Source of the DNA: Phoronis australis
Taxonomy: Eukaryota; Animalia; Phoronida
DNA: 64,000 bases
Direction: 5' to 3'
Assembly (NCBI GenBank): GCA_002633005.1
Contig: NMRA01000004.1
Span: 1,528,049-1,592,048, forward strand
Positions 23,501 through 35,500 of the stretch are shown here, in pieces (within the stretch, counting starts at the first letter, position 1; each line of letters begins with the position of its first letter). Both the position numbers and the translations under genes were made by a program. The notes beneath the pieces were generated by a model, which saw only the letters and a program-made list of their open reading frames with translations, did no database searches and was not told where the DNA came from.

Positions 23501-26500
23501 CAATACTAACACCAAAACTTGTCAAGCTGGATGGGCAGGATATTTTATTTTTTCTTATTTATCTCCGCAGAGAAACTTTTAGCGACCTAACTTTTTGAAA
23601 ACTAGGTCAACCACACAATGTGTTTTTCTAACCTCACGAAAGAGGAGAGTCTCATTGGGAATGTGATAATTATTGATGACTGTGTGGTCTTAAGCCTCAG
23701 CCCCATATCTCCACCTAAGCTTTGGTCATATCCCAACCAGAAAAGTTACCAGTGATCAACTTCATGTTTATAGATATTTCTAATTAGTTTTTTCAACCAT
23801 GAGTATCATGGCACTCAGACTCTCACATGGGTGACAGCACATCCTATTTAAGCCTGTGTGCAGGGATATTTCTTCCAAACTACTCTTAACTGTGGCTAAA
23901 CTCTCAAAAGTTATTTTAATTCATGTACCTTTCAAGTTTAGATGGACACCTTTGGAACAACTGTAGTCTTTAAATATTTCTAACTCAAACAAGTGCTCCC
24001 GCAATCAACATTTCTTCGAATAATGCTTTGTTCCATCAATGAAATTGAAGACTGAACGCCATTACAGTCAATACGCTCAAGGTCAAACAGAAATTTACAG
24101 AGGGTTATGGGGAGGTCATTGGTCTCCCACATAACGTGGAATTGTCATGAGAACGTGACAGGGAACTCAGGGTCTCACACTCCACTGGCTTATCTACACT
24201 AATTTGTAAAGGCTTTGCCCAGTCACACGTTGTGGGTCATAAATGAGATGATGATACCTACAGCTCACGCGGCAAGCAGAAACTCTCGTTAATCACATCG
24301 GTGCAGACTTGCAGTAGAAATAAAGAATTACACTCTTATAGTCTTATAAACCATCCGACTGTCAATTTGTTTCGGGAGACTTAAGTCTCAATGCTGTGTG
24401 CCCAACAACGATGTGTTCACAATGATCAACATTAAAATAGAGAGCAAATATGTACCCCTTTTACTTTTTCCCAGCTTTCATTTCCAAATGGCTAAAATTT
24501 CAGTTGTAAGCGAAAAAAATACACGGAAAAGACTAACTACTCATTACGTTGTGCGAGTTATGTTCTTGTAGTTACACTAAGTTGATTAAAATTGCAATTT
24601 TTCTGCTAAACTTACTATAACAGGTGTTCTCATATTTGCAATATGATAGCATGAAATAGTTTAAAATGTTAATTGTAAGTTTAAGTCAATTTTGGCATCT
24701 TTCTTTGTTGACAGTGAAACCGATTTACCGCGTAGTAATCTTTGAGACGATTCTCCACATGTCATTGAAAAGGGCGAAAATGTAAACGTGTAAGTCATAT
24801 TTCTTCAGGCACCTCTTTTCATCAAACCATCGGCTTCACGGGCAATAAAATGTAATCGGCCTAAAAGATCTGTGGTTTTCTGCTGAGCCCAGACCGTCAG
24901 GAGTTGCCCCATATACCAACTCTGGACGGTCTCTCACGACGATTTAACATAATGAGCACACCAAAAGGAGGCAGCACAGATGAGGCAACATGTCTAATTA
25001 GTCGAGTGTTTCAGTCATGTTTTGATCTTCTTTACTGAATGATTTGGTTCATTGTTGTAGGTTACTTCGGCAAGTATTTAAATGAATACAACGGAGACCA
25101 TGTTCCAGTTGGGTGGCATCAGTGGCTGGGACTTGTGCGTAACTCAAGGTTTTATAACTACACGGTCAACTTCAATGGAGAGTTAGTGAAGCACAGGGAT
25201 AACTATTATCGGGACTACTTCACTGACCTCATAGCCAATGACAGTGTGAGGTTTCTGAAACTGTCGAAGCGACAAAATCCAGAGAAGTACAGTGGTCATT
25301 ACAGCTTTCAATGAAGATGTTATTCAATTTATAAGAAAACTATCAAGTATTCGAATCGTTGAATTTAGTGTGTGAATTGGGAAGTCAGATTTTTATGTGT
25401 AACCAAACTCTGAATCCTAGCCCACACAATGAAACCTTCTTTGAGAATACAGTTTGAGGATCTAATTCTGGGAGTCTACTGGTACCCAGTTTATTTTTGA
25501 ATAATCTATTAAACCAGTATAAGTGCTTTGCATGTTCACGGAGAGAGATCCATACCTTGACAACCATTCGCATTTTTGTTTTATGTCAAGAAGTCTTGGC
25601 TAATCTTATTTGTGAAAAACATTGTTAAAATACAAACCGTTAATGTTACATGAATATTTGGTATAGCTTTATTGTTTCAGCCCCCTTCCGAATGTGTTTG
25701 ACCTATGCAAAAATTGAAAAACCTTTTTGTGCGGTATTAACACTTGAAAGAAGTTTAAAACCTCTGATTGCTAAATTGGCCAGCATGAAAAATGTTTTGG
25801 AAAAGTTAAGGCTTCATTTCACGCTGTTCAGCTGGCTAAAAGTGATCTCGTAATATTCCAGCCATTATAGGAGTCCATTTCTGCTACCAACTCAAGTCAC
25901 TGGCAATCACTACATACACTGTTTTTGAATTTGCAATTTTAGGGTTGGTCAACCCCAATTGAGGCTGAAGCACTTTCTTCAGTCACTTATTGTTTTATGT
26001 TTTTGATGGTAATGGAAGTAGAATACTATAATGGTGAGGAATATTACAAGACTGATTTCGTGGGAGTAAAAAGCCTGCAGTAATTTGATTTTCATTTTAG
26101 CTAGCCAAACAGGAAAAATTGCAGCTTTAGGTGAGGGCTGTGGGGAAAGACTGCCTACACCAGACCTCTTAATGGCAGGGTGATGAAGTGTTAGCTAAAT
26201 GATACTTTAATCTTTGAGGGAGATACTTACTGTTCAGCAGCAGTTTTTGGCCAAATCTCAAATACAGGTTTTGGTATCTTTAAAAGTCATCAAGGATTCT
26301 GCTTTAATTACAGAAAACACAACCTGCTTTATGATATAACATTCACCTCTGTATAACTTGTTCACAAAGTACAATTTTTACTTAAATTGGTTTATTCACT
26401 TACAGATTCCATTTCCATTGGTACTTATGTTCATAGTCCTGTTTGTTGTAACCAGCCCATCATAGTCATTGTTTGTTGTCTACTTCTAGGCCAATTATGA

Positions 26501-29500
26501 TGGTGCTAAGTATGCCAGCTCCCCATGGTCCTGAAGACTCAGCTCCCCAGTATCAGCACATGTTTAAAAATGTTACAACGCACAGGTACTGGCATAATTA
26601 TTTTAGAATACCTGCTTTAGTCTGATTTGAATATATCTATTGTTTGTAGGTAGGTAACTTAATGGTCAGTTTTGGACATGAAGGGCCTGTGAACACGCAA
26701 GTTCACTTGAGACTTGACTGCAAAATTGACCATTCAAATGGTGTGAAATTGTAAAAAGTACTCGAAGTGTGTCACATGAATCATCAATTATCAAGTTGAG
26801 AGTAAAGATCGTTCTAAGATAGGGAACAACCAGGTGGCATGATAAATAAGCATAATTGTTTTATTTCATTTTATCAAACTTTGTATACTTCAACATGTTC
26901 TACATTTTCTAGATGTGAGCTGGTACATTATTAGCATATCTTTCAGAACACCAAGTTGGAATTTTGCCCCAAATCCTGACAAACAGTGGCTTTTACAAGT
27001 TACTCCAAAGATGGAGCCCATTCGACAGGCCTTCACAGATCTTCTGCATCGGAAGAGACTTCAAACATTACAATCTGTGGATGATGCTGTAGAGAAGGTG
27101 ACTGTGTACCATTAATGAATGGTGTGAAGATCTAGGAATTGTCTATAATTTGTTTGCGTATGTTTTTTCAACGAAACATCTAATTTAAGCCAAATCTAAA
27201 CATTGGCTTGGGTTCCATTCTTATTTCAGAAATAGGAATCAATACACAATAAGCCTTCAATGTTATGCACTATTTGCTGTCTGTAGATATGTATTTTCAT
27301 TCACTAGTTATACTAGGATGTTTTGCAACGGAGGTCCACGGTTCCGCATTTTGTGAATCATTGCAGTTTGCTCCACTGAATAAGGGATAACTGGTCCTCA
27401 AAATTCAGGACGCTTGTAAGTGATTAATGCCAAAAACTGTATAGGAACCCCACAGAAGTAGGCTAGTTTTATGAGCAGACTTTAGGTGGTGTTACTAGTC
27501 TGTGCTTAGCTTTAAGTTGTATTGCCTCTCTTTGTATGTTTAAGGTATACGCAGAGTTGAGGAATTTAGGTGAACTAGACAATACCTACATAGTGTATAC
27601 TTCAGACCATGGTTATCATTTGGGCCAGTATGGTCTTATCAAAGGAAAAGCCATGCCATATGAGATGGATGTCAGAGTACCATTCTACATCAGAGGGCCG
27701 GGAATCAGGCGTGGTGTAAGGTAATGAAGCTGCAGTTCTTTATTAAGTCTGTTTCAAAATTGATTTGTTAGATTTGATGTTGTGAAATTATATTAAACTT
27801 AAAACGGTAATGTTTGGCAAATGTTGGATGTGTTGTTTGCTACAATTTCATTAAATCTCTGCACCCAACAAACTCTGCGAATACATGTAGTCAGTATCTT
27901 GTTTCTCCATTGTCCCCTGTTGCCTTTGCTTGTCCATCGATTTTCTCAAAAACTGCTTAACAGATCATGATAAAACTTGGCATAGAGTCATGGGACAGTC
28001 AATTTTCAGATGGATTTGACTGCCATTGCACCTCGTGTTGGCTATTTTGATTTTTGGTAAGGAATGTCTTGTGCTTAAACTGTTACTAAAAGTGTTGACT
28101 TATTTTTGTGAAACTTGACACAAATGTTTGTAGCTCAGATGCACTGGCAATGCATAATTGGACACAGATTGTACTTTTCTGGCATCCCTGTGAGATATTA
28201 GATGTGGTTGCATTATTGTCAAAATGGTTTGACATATTTTCTGATGGTCTTTGACATAGAGATCTATGGATGAGATATGTTATGATATAATAGTGGTCAA
28301 ATTAATCTAATTATATTGCATGATACTAATAACGAACCTTAGAAGCACACTGTTTGTGGTGCAGTCATGGACACATGTCAATGCTTTGTGTGAACATTTG
28401 GTGGAATTGAACATTTCCGAACAACAATTGTGTCGGTATCTTATGATGCAGCTTTTTTCAATGAGTATACTCTGTATCTGAAAAACACCTGAAGAACAAT
28501 ATAAAGATATAAGCTTTATCACCAGGTGGAGATAGATTATTTTGTGGACAATATTCAGCATAAATTCTTTGCACTCGTAATGCCGTCGAATTATCATTGT
28601 TGAGTAGTGGGATATATTTGTTGAAGACGATACATGCTGAAAAGTCCAAACTCACAAAATGACTGTGAATGAAAGAAATTGCTTTTCATTTTTCAATTCA
28701 GCTCATCTCGGTCACTAGAATTTTAAATTTGGCTAAGCAAAATTTGCTTTCATTCACTAACAATGCTAAAGAATTGTACGTCGCATGTTCAAACTTCAGG
28801 ATGGATTTTCATTTTTTAACATTATTTCTTGTCAAGGATACCACATATTGTGCTGAATATTGACGTAGCCCCCACAATCCTTGAGATGGCTGGAGTAGTT
28901 GCACCAGCTCACATGGATGGCAAGTCCATCTTCAACATTCTTGGACAGACTGGAGATCCTAACAAGTGAGTATCTCAGCCATGAAGCACCAGTGTTGACT
29001 TTAAGACAGGATAAGGATTATTAAGTACAACTCTTGATTTTGAACCACTTTCATTGTAGTGCAATGAATTTGATTTTACATTCTGTCTTACATTCTAGTT
29101 TTGAGAACCTTACCTTGTTAAAAAAATAATCGCAGCCAGTCGGGTACACATTATAACCAGAAATGCGCATGCAGGTTGGGCCCACTACACTGGTCACCTG
29201 GAACCATTTTTATGCTTTTTCATTAATATTTAGTTAAAATCGAGCTGAGGAGCTAGAGATCTGTCTCAAGGGTCTAGCAGTGTAACCTAGTGGGACTCGA
29301 ATCCATGACCTCGAATAAAGAAATTGAAAGCTATCCCACTAGGCCACACTGCCTCCACTAAACCTTACCTTGTTGGTGCCAATGTAAATGTTTTGGTCAA
29401 ACTAGTAAATCTGTTATTTCTTGAGTGTCCAGGGTTCTTATTATTTTTGATGTACCAAACTGTTTTTCAAATTTCTACTACCCTTTTATCAAGCTTATAT

Positions 29501-32500
29501 TACTGACACATCTGACATAATTGGTGGTTTTGTTTGTTTTATTTGTTTAAAGTTTTGTGGACAGAGTTCTTTTGAAGAAGAAACCATGGAGAGGTGCATT
29601 TTTGCTTCAGAGGGGGTAAGTAATAATCACACCTTGGGGGTGTCACCACTAGCACTGAATCTTGCAAGTTATTGTTTGTCCAGTTTGTTATATATGTTCA
29701 TCTGGTTAGTTCATGGCCATGTGAAAGGGAAGTTGATTTTGTCACTGCCCCAAGTTACACACCTTGCGCTGCTTCTTTTCTCAAAAAAACAACCACAGAT
29801 AGTGCTCGCCATCATATGCGTGATGTCGCATGTGACGTCACTCACTGCATGGTACGTTGTTGACAAATAGCTGGCTGTTGCCATTAGAAACTCGGCCCGT
29901 TTCATGGCAGCTTGTACTTTGTAAGTAGATTTGTACAAGAATCGTTGGTTTCATCAATTCTTCATATTACGAGCACTGATCTGGTTCTTTTGTGTGGAAC
30001 AGAGCAATTACTGTGTTAGCGATGACTATACAGCAATAAAGTTCAGGGTGAAATAATTTGCAATATTATTTACTGTAGCTTGTAAGTTTTTGAACCCCAA
30101 AGAAATATCAAAAAAATTTAACGAAACGATGTTTCTGGATTTGGTTTATTGACCTGTGTGGCACTCAACATAGATTTATTATGGTATATAATTGGTGTGC
30201 AACTCGTGATGGTGAAAAAAAGATTGATTGGGGTAGATTGATATCTGGATTTGGAAACTGCCGTTGTGTAAATTTGAAACTATACGAGAGATATTTGTAA
30301 TGCTTGTGGGACGTAGATGTAGCACAGCATATACTGAGGCAGTATGAAGCCTCAGTCTGAAACTTGCAAATATACAACGTCCAATGTCTAAGTGAGTTCA
30401 ATCCATATTACACAACCTCATCATAGACTACAAAACAATAGTTCTCTGTTACTGGAGAATCAATCACCTTGGAATAGTTCATCATTCCAGGGACCATGCT
30501 AATATTTTTGAAGATGAAGTCTTCATTTTGTTACCCAGTGAGCCCTCTATTGGTACCAGTAAACTCTCGTTTGAAGTAATGTACGAGCATATCTAGTCCA
30601 GGGCCTCATTTTGTCAAAGGTCCCAAATCCAGAATTAACTATGGCTGTCTTAACTTTGATTTTAATTTGTACACAGTTCATTAATATGACATGTGAAGGT
30701 GGTTGTAAAATTTGAATATGAGAAAAATATTAACTTATAACTTTGTTGGTTAAATCTGAAGAAAAACATGTTGCATTTGCTATAATATGCCTATGACTGA
30801 CCTTTTGTAAAATGAGTCCTAGTTTTCAAGCCGATGCCTTGTATAGTGCAGGTTTTGCTCCTTCGATGGAGTGATACTTATTTTTACACTGATATAATGC
30901 TGTTCTTTATTTAGAAAGGTTACAGGCAGGATGGTCGTTAGGCGGGAGCAAATGGAAGCTGAGAAGAACAATATGTCCCATACCCTGACGGAATGCTCAA
31001 AGGAACAGTACCAGCCTCCTTGCAAGCCTGGCCAGGTACGTATTGTTAGTTGAATCTTACTTATACCAGTGGTTAAGTCATGCATTATAACATGCTTGCA
31101 TTGATGGCATTTTTTGTTGTCTCTCCTGTGGATTGGTTTAGAACTCCCTGACCCCCCCATAGAGTCACCATTGCTTGTGATTTTTACATTGAGACACCCA
31201 GTACTATTTAGTATTTTTCTTCATAGATTTTGTCATTCTATTATTGGAATAATAATCTTAATTCAATCCTGTTAGATCTAATCACTGCTCTGATGCTTTC
31301 TTCTTGCAGAATTGGGTATGCGTAAAAAATGAATACACGGGACGACTTCGATTCCAAAAGTGCCGTAAACATAACACAAACAAACAACAATGCGTCTGTC
31401 CAAAGTCCACCAGAACCCAGGTGCAACAAGTGTCAACTAAACGTGGTAGGGTATTGGAGTCTAGATTCATTGTATTCGTTGTCATGTACATGGATTTGTA
31501 GGACACGAGGAAATGTGAAACCTCAGTTCATGAAGGTAGCACTTGTGTTATTCTATACTTACCTAACACAAATGCTGTTGTGATAAGTTTTAGGGACTAG
31601 TTTTGGTATTGTGTAAAACCTATCACTCTGTTTAACATCATCTTGCGTTGTGGTTTCAGACTGCGGTGATTCTTCACTACCTCTAGCACACAACATTTCC
31701 CACTACCATAATCCTATGATCCAAAAATCTAACGGGCTCCTGATTTTTCTGTGGTCATTTGATACATTGCAGAATTAGACAACATCATAACATCAGCGTC
31801 TATATTTACTATATCTAATTATCGCATACTGGCTAATTGCTGATTATATGATCGTCCAAATTTCATGAAAAAGGCGAAATGCCACTCATGAACTAGAGGA
31901 CAACAGTTGGCTACAAACAGTAATTGCTCGGATATTGCGTCCTCAGTAGTTTAGTGGTAAGAGCACTAGACCGGTAGTCAAGAGACCTGTGGTTCGATTC
32001 CCAGTTGGGGGCTCCTGATTTTTCTGTGCTTATTTGATCTAATGATTTTGTGTGGCTGACCCCTTATGACGGCAATTGTTTACCGTGGTTCCATGAGTCT
32101 TGTATTTCAGTGCCTGTCATGATAATCTGAGTTGAATATAAAACATTGGAGTGATGTTTTTATCGTGGCAAGTTTTAAAATGAAGTTGACTATTCATTTC
32201 GTTCAGTAATAAATGCAGTTTAGTACCATAGTAATGTTAAGATAATATTTGTGATATTGTAACTGCACACCTTCAGGATGAGGGTCAAGGTACTCGAGAT
32301 CCCAAATAAGTTGTGCTGACATAAGAAAATCGTAAACTGGAAAGTATTCAAACCATTAAAACTTAAAACTGCAATGAAATAATCGATTTTCAAAAGGATT
32401 TCAATCTTTAATATAAGTACTTGTGGCTTTTCAATAACTAATGTAAATTTCACATTTTTGTCAGAGGTGCCTCTGTTTAGGCTGCTGTTGTGGAAAATCT

Positions 32501-35500
32501 AATGTGGTGACCCCTACTTTGTTTTTGCAGATTTGTAGTAGGCATAGATCAAAATTTCAAAAAAAATATACTGGTAAGTTGTAACTGTGTTGAACTTCCT
32601 TTTCAGAATAGACTCAAATATGGCAGACTGGTCGTTGTTTGTGCTCTTGAATGTCCTTTTGTTGGTTTTCAGATGTTGTTAGCCGTTGCCGCGTTAGACA
32701 AGATAACACGGTAGCATGTGACGAGACTGTCATTCGAAACAAGAATTTGCTGAAAACTCAGCGAGATGCCATCGATAAAATGATAAATGAATACAGGCAA
32801 GACATCAAGAAATTGAAAGTAAGTTGTCGCATGACTTTAATTTGTCACAATAAAGAAGTAATACGTAAAGAGGAAGCAAAAGAAAGCAAAATTAAACAAA
32901 TTTGTTTACCATGGCGGTTGTAGGGGTGAACTGAGATTTTGACCAGGGCTCTCTCCTTGGACAAACATATGAAGAATTTGGGCTACCTCTGTAACAGCGA
33001 TATGGAGCCTTTTTTATCTAATGCTGTATTGTGAAGATTTCTGTGAAAACATTTGCAAATTGCATCCACACCAACATGATTCTTATTAGCTAGTAAGTAT
33101 TTCATTCGTGTGCTTACATTGCAGAAAATCAGGAAACACCTAAAGAATGGTCAGATAGTGGTTGAAAATTTACGCAACGGCCAGTGTGAATGTAGCCCAG
33201 CTAAGGCAAAACCCCGAGTGTAAGTATTGCTGGAGGTGAAACACTGACTGGTCCAGCATTATTGAAGGAACCCTTGTATTCAGAAACTATGTATTTTAAT
33301 TTTTTTCAGGTGTTACATTTAACGTTGGATTTTATTTACATATGTAGGAAATCTCAGTTAAAACACATGTCTCACCATTCTATCTTTGTTGTATTTGTTT
33401 TCACTGAGAACCCTAAAACAATATTTCAAACCAAAAGATAAGTAGCCGAAAACTCTTAACTTGTCTGCAGAAATGAAATGAAGATTATGAAATATATGTA
33501 TGACTGTTGAAGTTCACATATGTTGTTGAAGCTATATTACTAACTAAAAACAGAAGTCATTTGTGAAAAATACTGATACCATGCATGTTTTGGTTGCAGC
33601 TTCTATTTCTGTACATGTTAGAAATATGCCTCATTCAAAGAAAAAAAACGAGGAGCATCAACTGTCCACAATATCAGGAATGCTGTTTTAAGGTTGTTTT
33701 GTGTGGAGAAGAGCAATTAATGTATCAGCTTGGGCGTGAATTGCAGTGCTTGCTGCATGTACTCATCGGTATATAAATGTTATGTTCACACCAACTTGTC
33801 ATTACCATTCACACTGTTCTAGCCCAATTTCCAAGTTTATACCAAGAATTTACTCCAAAAACACTATGGGCTTGACCTTTTACGTCTGCGCTGACCATTT
33901 ACATGCTTTTAAAACAGTTACAACTGGTTTGTAAACCACTCTCACAGAGGGTTATGACTGCACCCCGGGTTTAACTTTTACAACCAATTTACGTTGTTCA
34001 CATCAAGAGTTGTAACCTTTAAACTGGGTTATATGTAACAAACATTTTCCTGTGAACAGTCCATGTGGTGGTATACCACCAGCAAAAGGAACAGATTCTA
34101 TTTGTGTTCTGGCAAACTGTTGTAAAATAGGACCCCTTTTGTGTATTTCAGAAAGCGATCTAAAAAAAAGATGAACAAAAAATATGGTGAGTCCCTGCAT
34201 CTAAGAAAATATAATTTATTTGTATAAAATTTCACAGATTGTTTTTAATGAAGTTCAAGCTCACAACCCTGGTGCACAAGTAGTATATCTATTTATTAGG
34301 ACACATGTGTTTCTGTGGCAATTTTTCCTTTTGTTTTACTGTTTGTCAGATGAAATAAATTCAAGTTCTGAAATAAGTGAAGTCAATGCCTCTATTTTCA
34401 ACACTTACGTGATACCTGAGTTTGAGCTCACAGTCATTATTTTTGCTATGTTAAATCATATACATATTTACTGCTTCACTTGTTAAACTCTTTTAAGGAT
34501 GGAGCCTGTGATATATGTACTGACTGTGTTGCACTGGTTATATGAAGTTTGTATGTTGACCAGGTTTAATGCCAAGGCCAAGGAAGGATCCTGGTTGTGC
34601 TCTCCCTGGTGTTGAATGCATTTCCATGACCAATGAGCACTGGAAGACAGAACCTAAATGGCGCTGTATGTTTGATATTTTCAATATTTTCATTTTATCT
34701 ACTATTTGAGCATGCCATGTGGTGTTTACATGTTTTAGTTAAAACTTTTAGTGTCAGTTGATCATAAAAATACTGACACGTTGGTGTATCCAGTACATTG
34801 TACACGGTGAATCTAGAGATTTAGAGGAATGTCGTTTTCTTCGTTTTGTTTGTGAAATGGAAGGTCTCGATCCTGCCTTTGAATCTAATCTTCAACAAAA
34901 AATCCCAGATTCTCAAACATTAGCCCTGGGCTCTTATGCATAGTCTTATAACTTGATCAAAACCTTGATACTGTGTTTCGTTGTAGTGGGACCATTTTGC
35001 GCTTGTAACAATGCAGGAAACAACTCTTACTGGTGTGTGCGTAACCTGAATGAGACTCACAACTTCTTGTACTGTGAGTTTGTCACTGGTTTCATTAGCT
35101 ACTATGATTTAACAAGGGATCCTTACCAGGTAGGTTGCAAACACTTTAGGTCGTCTGTCCAGTAGCTGAAATGAGCTGAATTATATTTCTTTGCATGACT
35201 CTTGCTTAAAACTTGCAGTCTGTGTAGGTAATGTCACGCCATGCAAATATGTGATGAAAATTTATTGCATTTCTGTTCTGCAGCTAGATCTGTTGTTGTG
35301 GTGTTGATGTGTGCAAATTGTTATGCTGGTTGAAATTTATGAAACAAATTGCAGACATTGAGTTGACGTATGAATGGCAAATATTCCAACGGTGTACCAC
35401 TTTACTTAAACCAGTTAGCATTAAACAGTTTAGCCCTGCTGATAACCTGATAATTATGCCATGAAAGCACTATGCCTGGATTATCAGGAGCCATATAAAT

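Noticed and set aside
29290-29360. Minus-strand B-box-like fragments (also near 19880 and 39010) as tRNA genes
   Set aside because: No complete cloverleaf; probably decayed SINE heads, too degenerate to delimit.
31939-32012. Functional tRNA-Thr(GGT)
   Set aside because: Mismatched D, anticodon and T stems, an anticodon atypical for eukaryotes, and a repeat context.
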